Positions 1 to 13,696 of a stretch of 64,000 bases of DNA are shown one piece after another. The stretch is from positions 46,464 to 110,463 of the forward strand of contig MNCI01002485.1 of NCBI GenBank assembly GCA_015680685.1. The letters run 5' to 3'. Numbering within the stretch: position 1 is the stretch's first letter; each line of letters opens with the position of its first letter. Source of the stretch: Gnetum montanum (lineage: Eukaryota > Plantae > Gnetophyta). The position numbers and the translations under genes are program-made. The notes below the pieces were generated by a model. That model was not told the origin of the DNA. It did not search any database and was given only the letters and a program-made list of their open reading frames with translations.

Positions 1-426
1 CCTAGTGTAAACTGCGTCTCATCAATGGGGGATGCCACCACCAAGGTAGTAGTACCCTTATAGTAGCCTAATCCATATGGGTAATATGTTTAGTAACCCA
101 TGTCTTCGCGTGACTCTTCTAGTCATGCTTCTTTTTAGCATCACTACTACCATCCTAATCACTACAGAGTGCATTCTCCATCTCCAAGAGGGGAGTCCTC
201 ATATCCTTATCACCCTCTTAATTCTTTTGTGCATGCTCCTCCATCCTCAACCCAATTACCACTTGCTCCATTAATGTAGAGCAAGATTCTAGCCCAACCA
301 TAACAATGCAATGCTAGTAGGGTCATTAAATTATAGCTTGCTTCTCAGTTGAGTGGTTCAAAACCTAGACCTAGGAATAGACCATTCTTTCAAATCAATA
401 GCCCTACAAAGCCCTCATAGACTCAT

Positions 427-3400
427 GTGGTTTATAATCTTGCTTCTTCCTCATGCTCTGCATCCAATCCATTTGATTCCCCTTCAAATCAAACACATGC
501 CAAAGTGCATACCATCATGCTAACCCATGTGGTAATTAATCAGATAAAGGCTAGCCATCGTCCTAGGAAAAGAACTAATCTTGCGAGTCCCTTAATCTAT
601 CTCCAAATTGTTGGGAATGAGCCTTGCAAAGCTCTTTTGTATTTTGGTTCTTGTGTTAATCTAATTTCTCATGAGATGTACAAAGCCTAAAACCTACCTC
701 CACTCAAGAAGAGTGACATTCGTCATGAGTTGGTAGACCAATCCATCATTTTTTCCTTAGGATTGGTGGAGGATATTATGACTACTATCTATGGGTGGTG
801 CTATCCTATTAACTTCCTAGTGATCTGTGTTGACAATTGCAAGGGGGATTTCCTAGTCATCATGAAAAGGGTTGGGCTAAGTACCATTGATGCATGGTTG
901 GAAATTAGAGATCTTTCCTTGGATATTTTCAAAGAAAATGCATTTAGAAAGATTGAGAAGAAGAGAGTTCCATGCATCATGTACAGTGATATAGGATGCA
1001 ACTATGTGCAAAAACTATGGTCCATAAAAAATAAATTAAGCATATCATGTAGATAGTGTGTAGTTGAATCTAAAATTCAAAGGTGCCATTACATAATAGC
1101 CACAAAATAGGAGGGCACCTAGTGGTTGATAGCTAATCCTAAAAGTAGCACACTTTGCATTGAACCCACTAAAAGCTTAACATGTGCCTATGTTGAAGGC
1201 ATGGATGAACTAGAGCAATTTCATTGCCAAGTCTTTAATGATAAAATTGATGACAGTTATTGGGGAGATTTGGAGATCCCTAAAAACTTTAAACATGAGC
1301 CCTTGGAGTTGAAAAGACTACTTGCCAACATGGAATATTGATTTCTAAAAAATGGCAAGGTGATGATAATCAATGCCAACCTCGCTCATAAACAGCAAAG
1401 ATGTTGTTGAAGGTGGTCAACAAATGGCCAACAGCCTTTGCTTGGTCACATCTTGAACTCACTGGGATTGATCCTTAGATATGCCAACATCACATCTATA
1501 TTGATCCTTCCATAAAGCCAAAGAGGTACCCGTAGTAGTGTTTGAAACCCAAGTTGAAGCAAATCATTAAGAAGAAGATTGAACAACTCCTCAAGGTGGG
1601 GTTCATCTATCCAATGCTGAATAGCTAGTGGATTAGCCCAGTTGTGATCATGCTAAATAAAGGTGAAAAGTGGAGGATCTCTACCGACTTTAGATTTTTG
1701 AACATGGTGACCTACAAAGATCAGTTTTCATTATCATTTGTGAACTAGGTGTTGGATACTATCTCTGGGCATTACTATTATAGCTTTTTGGATGGTTATA
1801 GTGGATATAACTAGATTCATATTGTACATGATGCTCTGGTCTTATGAACCAAGGAATGCGAAAGGCATATAGAATCTCAAGCAAAAACTTGTAGAAACTC
1901 CAATTCTACTAGCACTTGATTGGTCTTGACCATTTCACATCATCACAGATGCATCAAACTATGCCTTGGGAGCCATGCTCACATAGTTGGATGATTAGAA
2001 ATGTCTTCATTACATCCATTGTGTGATTAGAAGCATTGTGGATGCACAGCTGAACTACACCACAATAGAGAAATAGCTAATTATGATGGTGTATGCCTTG
2101 AAAAAATTTAAGCACTATGTGCTTGGATACAAGATGTTTGTGCACATAGATCATAGTGCCATTCGCTTCTTGATGAATAAATCAACAGTGAGCCCTTGTG
2201 TCATACAGTGATTTGTGGTCTTACAGGAGTTTGATCTCACAATGGTAGATTGAAAAGGGACTAAGAATGTGGTCATTGATCACTTGTCTCGTTTATGATG
2301 GGACAACAAAGAGGAGGAGAGCTCACTTTTTGATTAGTTCCTTGATGAACTCCTCTTTGTTGGTGCTATAAATGAATAAGTGCTTAATGAACCTAAATGG
2401 TACAATGACATCCTTACTTATCTTCTCACTTAGGAGATGTCATATGAGTTAGACCATAGGAAGAAACAATAGTTTCTTTATTAGGCCAAACATTTCATGG
2501 AAATCAACAAACACCTTTATAAGGTGTGCACCAATGGCTTGGTTCATTGGTACATTCCTAATGTTGACCAACTATGTGTTCTCTAGCATGCTCATGAGGG
2601 CCCTTGTTAGAGCCACTATGCTTGGAGATGCACGCAATTAAGATCCTGATGGTAGGGTATTATTGGCCAACACTCTTCAGGGACATTCACCAATTCATCC
2701 ACTCTTGTGAACACTATCAGTGTGATGGTGGGATGACTGATCAAATGGAGGACTCTTAGCAGTGGATTTAACCAATTAAACCTTTTGACATCTAGGGCAT
2801 CGACTTCATGGATCCCATCACACCCATGTTGAATGGAAAGACATACATTATAGTCACTTTTGACTAGTGTACGAAATGGATAGAAGCAGCAACCATCACT
2901 GACTGTACATCTTCCACTACTACTTGATTTGTAAAATATAATATTATAAAAAAGTTTGGCGTGCCACATGCATTGAATTCTAACAATGGTACTCATTTTA
3001 CAGACATCACTTTTCAAAAGCTCATATAACACTTAGGGGTAGAACATAAATTAAAAACACCCTACCACACCTAAGCCAATAGTCAAGCAGAGGTTACCAA
3101 TAGGAAGATCTCAAAAATCCTAATGAGAAAAATTAGCAAATATAGGAGAGACTAGAACACCAAACTTAACAATGCCCTCTTGGCATATTGCTTAACATGG
3201 AAACTCCCTATAATATACTCTCCCTATGAGCTGGTGTATAGAAAATTGCCAACACTTCCAATTCAATCTGAGCTCTATATACTTTCAATAGCATGTGACC
3301 TTTACCTTGACTTGAGCCTAGCATAATGAAAGATTGATCAATCTTAACATGATAGATGAGAATAGATTGGTGGTCCTATTTTTAAATGAGGTGCATAAAG

Positions 3401-3678
3401 CATTCAACAAAAAACACCATGACCTTAGAATAAAGAAAGTAAAATTTCAATTTGGAGACAAGGTTCTTTACTAGAAACCCACACATGTGTCACAATGAAT
3501 CAAGTTTTAAATATTGTGGGAAGGTCCTTACATAATTTATGAAACCTTTCCTTTTGGGGCCATGTTGATCTACAAACCTGAGAGGCCAAACAAAAGGCAA
3601 TTGGCCAACATGCAATAACTTAAACCTTTCCATGAGCCTAAGAAAACCAGTGCAAGTAATGCCTTATCAGATGGATAG
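427..3678 (+). pseudogene. gypsy pol remnant (protease, partial RT, RNase H, integrase)
   Basis: Protease-like ALLYFGSCVNLI; RT N-half WISPVV...KWRISTDFR...YSFLDGYSGYN; RH PFHIITDASNYALGAML...NYTTIEK; INT TPYHT*ANSQAEVTNR and WEGPY. Many stops and frameshifts. Confidence 0.9.
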
Positions 3679-5289
3679 CCTTGCTCAATCTTTCAGATCT
3701 TCTTCTTTCAACTTCATCATGGTGGGGGGAGGGGAGTGTTGGAGATGGCCATCTATGCTAATCATATAAGTGGCTCTTCATTTTTTACAATTTTTTGTTT
3801 TAAACTTTCTTTGTTTTATATGTTTTTTACACCTTAATGTTTTTAAACCTTTTTATTTTATACTTTGTTGAATTTTATCATTTTTTTCTTTACAACATTT
3901 TTAGTACAATTTATCTTTCTTGAATATTTTATGAATTCTTTTACATTTTACTTTATTTTGGTGTGTTTTTCTTATTATGTTCTAATGAATTACTTTATTG
4001 CCAATAGGACGCAATGATGCTATAGTTGTTTGATAATGGTGGTTTGTACTTAATGTTTTTGATTGCTAATGTTTGGTTTCTATTTTTGAATTTTGATATT
4101 GATAACTAAGACAAAGTTTCTTTTTCATGGAATAGGCAGTGAGTCCATGTCATTTTTCCACCCACAACAATCTATGGTGTTCCTGGTTTTTAAAATATGA
4201 GGTCCCTTTCATTAATAAAACTTTAACAAACTTGTGGACTTGGTAGTTTCCAAACTTGGGAAAGATAAAGGGATTGATAAGGGTGTGACTTCAAGGGAAC
4301 TCAATGCTCTTTGTACTTGCCTACTCACTTGAGTGCATGAGTGTTTTTCATGAATTTCTTACCATTCTATGTTAACCAATAATAAGAAGTTAATAAGTCT
4401 TTGCATGATGTGGTTCCCATTTAAAATCCATAAAAACATAAAATTCAAAAAAAGAAAGATGGGAATTCAAAGCACACCCCTTAGACAAAATAATGGGCTA
4501 CAAGCACTGGTTATGAAACTAGAAATACATGTTATCCATGCCTAAAGATCCTCCTTAACTAAGGCCCTTTCTCACTTCTTGCTTCTCTCTTCTTCTCAAT
4601 AAGGAATGGTGGTTGATCTATGGGTGCATTCTTGTATCTTGAGGGGGTGGTTTGATCTTAGTGTATCAATGCGAAGTCACTAAAATTGGTTGGTTTTGAT
4701 TTGGACTAAGGATGGACTTTATCAAGTCATTTAACCATTAGATCCACGAGGGACTTTATGTGACTATGAGACAAAACTTTATTCAATCTTTCTCTCATCT
4801 ATCAATGCTTCTCATTATTCATCTCACTGCTATTTTCCATGTCTTGTTCAATGTCTTAGTTTGATATGTTAAAATTCTTAGGTAGATTCTTCTAGATTAG
4901 GTCCTTAACTTTCTATAATTATTAATCAACTATGGGGTCCATGGACTCCTTCGTTTGAGGATATGAAAGGGAAAAAAGAACAAGAACCTACTATGGGAAG
5001 GATCCACTCGCATGTCACTTGGTTGGGAATGTTAAGCATCTTATTCTTAGGCATTCTTGTAATCAAATCTTTTACACACCCCATCAGTTGTATCCAACTA
5101 TGTGTTCCTTAAGGCATTTCTCTATCACAATTTCATTCTCCCATCAAATTCTCCAATTTTATGAATTTTCAAGCCCTCTTCTAGTATTTTATGATGTTCA
5201 TGGCTTTTTTGGCTCTATGTAGACCTCAATTTCATAAGAAAACTCATATTTTTTTTGAAAATTTTAAGTGAAAAATTTTCTAGAACACC

Positions 5290-5823
5290 TTAGTCAATGA
5301 GACCCTGTATAGGCATCCCATCCATTGATGAGACCCCATTGATGGGACCCATCAATGCAAGTCAAACACCATCTATATATATGTGGCCACACTTTGAAAA
5401 GTTTTCACATTTGAATAAAATAAAAGGGAAGTTTTTTAAATTTTCAGAGCCTAGAACATTCTAAGAGCCATATCTTCTTAACCGTTTGTCTGATTCACTT
5501 TGTTCTTCGATCTTAGAGCTATCATAGGTAAGCTCTTAGTTGTGGGGGCCACAAACCTTAATTTTCTAATAGAAAAATTTTCAAAATTTTTCTAACTCCC
5601 ATAAAGGTTTAACTAAGAAACTAACATCAAAACATCAATTTATGAAAGTTAAACCCTTCCAAAAAGCTTCGGTGATATTGTAAATGTAATAACATTAAAA
5701 TAATAATAAAATAATCCACCATGGTTAAAAATTAGCCTAGGTGTAACTGCCCAATGAGATAAGGTACTTAAAGATAGTAAGTTACACATTATATGCTAAT
5801 CCTTGGTTATGTTTTGACCATAG
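5290..5823 (+). promoter_or_regulatory. putative internal promoter and 5'UTR intron of the extra ORF
   Basis: CATTGATG/CATCAATG repeats, TATATATA 5374-5381, donor AG|GTAAG at 5528, branch-like TGCTAAT 5794-5800, acceptor TAG 5821-5823 directly before ATG 5824. The layout recurs in two other copies. Confidence 0.6.
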
Positions 5824-8800
5824 ATGACACTTAAAGGAAAACATGCACAAGAAGGAGGATTGTTCCAACCAAAGGAAAAATGGCCACAAACTAGAATGGG
5901 CCAAGAACAACCACATGAACAAGTAGAAACCCATGCAATTGAAGCTCTTCAGGAGGAGCCTAAAGTGAAATTTGTCCATCAGATTCCCAAATAATTGGTC
6001 ATAATAGAACAGTCTCACTAAGATGAGGCACCAGAACCTAGACCAAACCTTGAAGTTACCTTGATGGAGGCATACCTCAAGTAGATCACAAATAATGAGG
6101 TTTAGAAATCTGTGCTCCAAGAGTTAAACTTTGGATCTTTCTTTGATTTCATACCTCTAGAAGTTAAAACTCAACTATAGAACTCTCTTGTATGGCCCAC
6201 AATCACTTCTAATGGGGAATGGTACATGGGAGAGACATACTTGTTATGGAATAATTGGTAGGTTGGTTTAATAGTTAAGATCAAGGACATTTCAATGTCC
6301 TACTTAGTGAAAGTCATTGCCAAAGCCCTTGAATTACTAGAAACTAGGGCAAATCTTTCTGAAATTTCAATGTAGGTAGGTCCTGGTGTTAAAGAGAAAT
6401 GGACACAGTGGTGTTATGGAGTGGACTGCAAGGAGTTCAGTGCACTAACCATGGTGGAACGTGCATATTTCAAGATTGCATCCTTTCACCTCAATCCAAT
6501 GATGAGGCTACACAAAATCATAACCATCTCCACATATGCATGTGCTACTCTAAGATGTAAATTTCCTAATCAACATTCCATAGTTGATATATCTTGAGAT
6601 AGAGAAACATTTTAAGAAAAATGAACATGGAAGGAAGGTACTTCCTTTCTCGTGCCTCATTAGAAAGTTATGAAAGAGGAAAGGCATAACACGTTACATG
6701 AATAATGCTATCTGACGTGTTCCAACTGCTTCTTAGGTAGAGATTATGAAGGACAAGGTGCCTACAAAAGTCTTCCAAGAAGAGGAGCAACAACAACCAC
6801 CTCCACTAGTCGCTCATGAAATAACGTTGGAGGCTCATGCTACCATTAAGCACATGAGAAAACTTTGAGAGCAACTCTTGCAATAGCAAGAGTAGAAAGC
6901 TAGAATGAGTGGTGGTGATCCATCTGTGTATCATCTAGAAATGAGCCACCTTAATGAAGTGGCTTGAACAATAATTTAGATGGAAGATGGTGGGCTAATT
7001 TTCTCAGCCCAAAGAATGTATTTGTTCATGAGGTCAAATCTTAATGTCCAAGAGGTAACAATATCTCTCTCACAATACTAGTAATTTCTAGAAATTTCTA
7101 AGAATGTTGCTAACTTTTTGATGCATTTGGAGGAGGGTAAGGGGGCAACTATCTTGGTGATGCAGCATCATAAGCAAGAGATAGTGGCCGAGGTAGTTGC
7201 TGAGAGAATTATTGAAGTACTTAATGCATTTGTGGCATCTATACTAGATGTTTATGCACTAATGGATGTACAAAAGTCCACAAGAATTTTTAGTAGCAAA
7301 TTAGGCATAGCTTAGCATGAGGAATTAATAGATCAATTGATGGGAACTAGGCAACTATCATGGTGATGTAGCATCATGGATAGGAGATAACGACTAAGGT
7401 AGTTATTGAGAGAATTGTTAATGCACTTAATGCATTTGTAGTGTCTATACAAGACATTTTTGCATTGAGAGATGTACATACATTCGAAGGAACTATTAAT
7501 GGTAGATTAAGCATAGCCTGGTATGAGAAATTGTTGGACCAATTGGTGGGAACTGGGCAACTATCTTGGTGATGTATCATCATGGGTAGGAGACAATGGC
7601 TGAGGTAGTTTTTGAAGCACTTAATGCATCTATGGAATTTGCACTAGACATTTCTACACTAAGAGATGTACATATGTCCATAGGAACTATTACTAGTAGA
7701 TTGAGCGCAACTCAACATGAGGAATTGTTGGACCAACTAGTGGGAACCAGACAACTGATTTTGGATGCCTTTGATCTTTAGGATACCATCAGTGTGACCC
7801 AGTTAGAGCTTTTTGAAGCAAGAGGCAAATGCATCATAATGAGTAGGTAACTCAAAATAGTTAGAATAGAAAATCAATGCTTGGTTGTAGAGGTTATTGA
7901 ATTAAGATCCTGTCTTACTGATCCCATTTTGCTCAAACCAACATTAACACAAGATGAAGCTTTTTAATAGCTTCTAAAGAAACTTAAAGATGTTGAGGAT
8001 GCCAAGGAGACGATAGTCTTTGATTAGTCCCTAGACAATACCACCATGCATAACATTTAGAGGGACTTGGTCTAGATGCACTAGGAGAATGAGATTCTGA
8101 ACATAGAGAATCATCACCTATAGAATGTTGATATTCAGAAGTAGCATATGGCAGATTTTGTCCATAAAAAATAGGAGTATTTAGCCAAGGTAAACACAAA
8201 ATTAAGAAGATTGGTAGCTAAGAACAGAAATCTCTCCATGGAGAAAGTCTATACCCTTTGTCGAAAATCTGCAATAGAGATAGCCACCTGGAAGAATGAG
8301 TCTCTCAAATTTGAGAGAGTCAAGAACCATTACAAAGATCAAGTTGATCTACAGAAAGAAATTAATAAAAAACATGTCCAAATGATGAAGAAAAAATCAA
8401 TGAAATTCTCTAGCAGCTCAAGAAAGGAGGTGATGTATGGCAACTTGTCTTTGGTGGACTAAATGCATACAATAAGTTGGAAATCTACATGAAGGAGTTG
8501 CAAATCGAGGATATGATAGAATACATGGAGCTTGCAAATCTCCTATATGCAAACCTAGCAATGCTAACTATTGGAAGGTTGTGGTCAGAATTGGAGAAAC
8601 AAGTGGCCAACTTGTACTTATTGTATGAGGTAGAGTTCAAGGACCATAAAGAGACCAAGTAGAAGCTTGAGGTGGCAAATGCTGAACTTGAGGTTCTTAA
8701 GGTGAATTTCACTAATCAATGATTAACCATTGAGAACCTGGTCAAAAGGATGAACAATTACTAGGAGCTATTGAATGCAATTAGAATATTCAACATTAAA

Positions 8801-9085
8801 GCAAAATAGTTTGCTATCTAGTTCATGAATGTAAAGGAGCTGTTCCCTATAATGTGTTGTCCATAGGATGTTCCCATTTTGGCTCACACGGGTCATGCTG
8901 TGTGGAATGTAAATGATCCTCGGAGTAAGGAGGAGAAGATCAAGGCATTATTGGACATGTTTCATCTTCAATTGGAAGTTGCAGCTGCTTCAAGACAATC
9001 AAAACTGCCTCAACCACTACATGTGCTCATCATAAGAAAAGGTTCTTTAGAGCGTCAAGAGTCTTCACTGCCTGGGACCGTTTGA
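5824..9085 (+). pseudogene. Athila extra ('env-like') ORF, disrupted: conserved N-terminal domain plus long coiled coil
   Basis: Homologous to 39424-42220 and 55831-58030. ORF-track fragments 7118, 7596, 8211, 8477 and 8879 are pieces of it. The stop context (LPGTV* / LPRTI*) is conserved. Confidence 0.8.
7145..7760 (+). repeat. triplicated ~206-bp segment inside the extra ORF
   Basis: Units start with GCAACTATC at 7145, 7351 and 7557. The segment is single-copy in the 39424-42220 homologue. Confidence 0.85.
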
Positions 9086-9300
9086 TTTTTCTTCACCATC
9101 TTTGTGCTGTCAAAGGAATTGTGTTTGTCAGTTTTGTTCTAGTGTTCAATTTTTCTATTTTGAACACAAAAATTCTTGTAATCATTGTAAAAATATATAC
9201 TTGGGCACTTAGTTTTTGTTGTGTTGTCTACATGTTTGTTTTGTATGTCAGTAATTCCATACCTTCCCAAATTTTGTAAAGAACTAGAGGATGAGCTTTC

Positions 9301-9317
9301 ATTCAATTATGGGGGTA
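9301..9317 (+). promoter_or_regulatory. polypurine-tract region
   Basis: ATTCAATTATGGGGGTA abuts the LTR start TGATGAG. Homologous sites lie at 39169 and 55581. Confidence 0.8.
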
Positions 9318-10135
9318 TGATGAGTTGAATGGTTTTGCTGCATTAATGGGTTCTTGTTGATGTGATCCCATCAATGTAGGATTTGACTCATTAATATGTA
9401 CTAGTCGATGGGGTACCTTGTTTCACTTATAAATGTGCACCTACTTACCACATTTATGGCATAAGTCTAATAGTTGTAGTGAAGCTCTAGTAGTTTTTCC
9501 ACTTAAAAGTTAGAATGTATGGATCTTTATTTGAGCACTTTTATACTTGAGCACTTTAGTGTGTGTGGCAATAAAGACAAGCATTTTGATCAAACCTTGC
9601 AGCACTTGGACTAGATTAATTTTTTTCTTTAAGCATTTAATATTCAAGCAATTTCCTTTAATGTTTTTAAGTAATTAAGTGATTAATTAATATAGATTAA
9701 ATATCAAACATAAGTACTACCATTGTGAGGATACATCTAATGCTTAGTAATCCCAATAATGCTTAATGTTTGGTAACCCAATAGTGTTATATGTGTTCAT
9801 GATGTGTACAGCAAGTAGGAACTTATGCTTATGTTAGGATTAGTTAAGTGATAGCTAGTTATTAAAGTAGTTAAATATTAGATTAATGAATTCTTTATTC
9901 TTAGGTGATTGAATTCATAAAATAGATAAAATGATAAAAATCATATACCTTAGTTACACTTAACCATATCCTTGAACTTCACAAGTGGAACTAGGAAGAC
10001 AATGATTGCAATAGTTAGTTTCACCTCTTAGAACCAATGGATGAAGAAACTTAGAGTCTTCGATATTTGATAGGATCGTTGAGTGAATGCTAGTGATTCG
10101 TATAGTTGGGTGTAAGGTATAATCGTTGCTCATCA
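9318..10135 (+). repeat. Athila-type 3' LTR
   Basis: TGATGAG...CTCATCA terminal inverted repeat. Aligns in reverse complement to the LTRs at 37530-39168, 42720-43632 and 54729-55580. Confidence 0.9.
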
Positions 10136-13040
10136 TTCAACTATAGCCATATTTAAAGGAAAAACTCCTTAACATCTCTAGACATCATGAATGTAGAAAA
10201 CACAACTTAAGATTAGGAGGTATTCCTACACAAGGTCACATGTGGATTTTCCTTAAAATTTACAAGTGCTAAAATCTATGTTCGTGGAAGAACAATTTAC
10301 AACATATTTAATCTTATGCTTTATTTTTAAATATTTTTTAATCACAAACATTTTACCTTTATGAGTTAATGTTAAGTTAGTATTTGATATTAAGTTTTTG
10401 ATTCAATGCTTCTTATTTAAAACTAACATCTCAATCCCCTAATAATAGTTATCATCAACTTAAAACCTAACATTAACTATTGAGACCTGCATTGTTAATG
10501 AATATATAACACTAGTAAAGAAACATACTAAATTGGATGACAATGACAAGAAAGCTATAACACTCCTATTAATTATCTGCAAAATATCCTATAAATAAGT
10601 AATAGAGATGTTACAAAACCCTAAGGATCTGGATTTAACCTTGAACTATTAACTCAAAAGGAAGTGGTAAAATAGATAAAAATTACTATTTAGAATCATA
10701 AATACAATATAGTAATGTAACATAGAAAAATTTTATATTACTTGTATACATAATTAAATATAATTTATTTTATGAAAAAGAGCATTTTGTGATGCCATAA
10801 AAATATAGATGCCTAAAAATTTCACTAATTACAGTATAAAATAGTATACAAAATAATGATACCAATGATACTTGTTTTTGCTTAATTGGACATCTAGAAA
10901 TAAAGATGTTTAAGTTTAAAATTTACCAATTAATTAATAAAATTAAAGATAATAATTAAATAAAATATCAATATATAATAAACAATATTAAATTTTTCTG
11001 AACATATAGTACACATCAAAATGAAAAATATTCCTTACATTCTTATGGTCCTAATGGCACAAATGGAAAATTTATGTCTATCATACTTTATTATTTATTC
11101 ATAAAAAATAGGTACATGGCACAAACATCTTGGTAGTTTATAAGGCTTCTATTTTACAAAAATACAAAATATATATATAAATTATATAGAATTGATCCAT
11201 CTCCCACCTTATCTCCTCCTAACATTTACTTATCTATTTTGAGCCCTCTCCATCAAAATGCAGGAGGAGTTAGAACTCCTCAAATAAGAAAGGTTATTAT
11301 ATTTTCCTCTTCATGGAGCATAAAGGTTCAAGGCCCTAAAGAACATTTCACTACTACATATAGATGGATGTATTTAAAAGATTCACAACTTCCACTATCA
11401 ACTAAGCAAAATGAGTCACACAAATATTATTATTTTATTTTAAAAGTCCAAAAGGTATCCAAAATGGCCAAAAATCCATAAAAAGCTTAAAGTCCATAAA
11501 ATCCTTGTAAAATCATGTTTATGTCATGAGCAGATCTCAAATATTCATAAAATATCTATGGGCATGTTGGGCATAATTTTTGCAATTTCCAAAACTCACC
11601 AAAAGATAGAAAATGATTCAAATAGGATTAAAATATTATTATTTTTCAGGAAAAAGCCTAAAAGTACAAAAATCCGATAGCATATCGGCATATTAATTAA
11701 AATTGTAGAAGAATAATAGAAGACCAATAGATAGAGAGGAGAGATAGAAAAGCCATAGCAATATGGAGCAGCCATGTAACAGGGAAAATAAAATAAACTT
11801 TCTTATTTGTGTTGGCAGGGCTTTCAAAATTTTCTTATGTCTTCCTTTCCTATCTAATGCTCTCAATTGATTTTTGCTTTTCTTAGCCTATTACACTCAA
11901 AACCCTTATTCAAACTATGATGAGATGTAACTAAGGCCTCAAGTTATTTATAAGGGAAAGAATGGAAGAAATTGGGCTCAAATCCACTTCAAAACAAAGA
12001 AGAAAGGTAAGAAAAAAAAAGGTGTTTTTGGGAATATGTGATGGAACATGGTTTTTTAAAAAAAAAACCATGGTAGAAAATATATCCAATGGTATAATCA
12101 AATGGCAAAAAAAATCTAGTGGGAAAAGAAAAGATGAGAGAAAGTAGTAAAATACATATGTTATATATATAGCAACATATATAACATATATGTTATACAT
12201 TATTTCATAAAAACATATCATGCACCTGAACATGCTTTTCATGGTGGAAATGAATTTTGATTTGTAATTTTTATTTCTATTATTATTATTTTTTCAAAAT
12301 TATCTTTATAAATTATTTTTCCAATTTCTCTCTCCCTTAATATCCTCGTGCTCCAATAGTCACAACATGCATACTAGGACTCCAAATCAAATTTTGTTTG
12401 AACCTAAGGGATCCTCATTAAGAGCTCTACCAAATCATATGTTGAGATCTCATTTAAACATAACTATTCATGGTCACCCAATTGAAATGTTAAAACCTTT
12501 ATGGTATTTTAGTAAAGTAGAAAATGTGATATCTTGAGAACTATAACTTTGATTCTAGTGAACCAAGAGTCAAAATCTATATTCTTGAATATCTCAAACA
12601 CATCAACAAGGTTACATTTTGGTAGGACATCATCATAAGGTACTTCCTTAACAAAGTTTATTTATGCAATATTTAAATATAATTAAAAATGAATTGCAAA
12701 TCCTAGTTTAATGATAAAAGGTAATAAGAGATATGGTTTGGGTAGGGTTAGGGTCCATAATTGCTCGAATAGAGTATTATCTAAGCTCATGTGCATAATA
12801 AAATAGCAATATTCATAATTAGTTGTGCATAATAAAGCATAAACATGCATAAAAAGGTAAATATGCATAGCTAGACACTTGTAAAGATACGATAATTGAT
12901 AAAAGAAAAAATTCTTGGGATAATTGGATGTCAACATTTAATGATAATATATAAGGTAGATCTATGCCTAAGCTCTAATAGTAGTAAAATAAAGGAAATA
13001 TCCTAGCAAGTAGATTATACTCATTTATGTAGGAAACTAG

Positions 13041-13083
13041 CAACAACAACAACAACAACAATAATAGTAATAATGATAATAAT
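13041..13083 (+). repeat. (CAA)n/(AAT)n microsatellite
   Basis: caacaacaacaacaacaacaataatagtaataatgataataat. Confidence 0.8.
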
Positions 13084-13224
13084 GTAATCTTATCATTTGA
13101 CTAACAATATTAGAGCTAATTCATTGAAACACATCTAACATTATTAAAAAATCAATCATATGTAATAAATTAAATAACTAAACCTTACAAATTATTAGCA
13201 TGTCACAAAAGCTTTCATGAGAAA

Positions 13225-13690
13225 TTTAACAGTTAGGAATGCATTAACTTCTACATTAACATAGGAAGAGTACAACTAGATCAATCATTTCAAGACTGCC
13301 AGAGTGGTATGGGATATCTTAGAGGTAACCGATGAATGTACTAAAGTAGTAAAGCAATCAAAACTTATTCTTTGGTTAACATAGTTTGAAAATCTTAAGA
13401 TGAGAAAGGATGAAAGAATTTATGAATACTTTAATTAGGTATATGATCTTGTTATATTAGAAGGGTAGTTTGACACATTCTTGAAAGTAAAATTTTTATA
13501 AGATTGTTAGAACTTTAAATTCTAAATATAAAATGAAGATGTTGACCATGGAAGAGGTAAGAGATTTTTATACTCTAAAATTTAAAGAACTTCAAAGTGA
13601 TTTAATAGCTTATCTGATGATTTTTGTTGAGGAAGATGTGCTAAAAAATGATTCAATTTCCCTCTTCTCAAGTCATGCCCTAGCAAAAAA
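13225..13690 (+). pseudogene. Ty1/copia gag fragment (UBN2-type)
   Basis: Translates VRNALTSTLT*EEYN*INHFKTARVVWDILEVTDECTKVVKQSKL...FENLKMRKDE, which matches the copia gag pattern KTAKEIWDILEVTHEGT..VK.SKL. Confidence 0.75.
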
Positions 13691-13696
13691 CCTAGC

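Larger units (their letters stand above)
1..10135 (+). mobile_element. Athila-type Ty3/gypsy LTR retrotransposon, decayed, 5' end outside the window
   Basis: Order PR-RT-RH-INT, long non-coding spacer, extra ORF, PPT and 3' LTR. The LTR has the same termini as the element at 61355, which carries an Asp-type PBS. Confidence 0.9.

Noticed and set aside
10480-10910. Possible copia gag trace (DKKAITLL...NPKDL, knuckle-like segment)
   Set aside because: Too decayed to support by eye.
12736-12757. Telomere-like GGGTAGGGTTAGGG
   Set aside because: Only two or three imperfect units.
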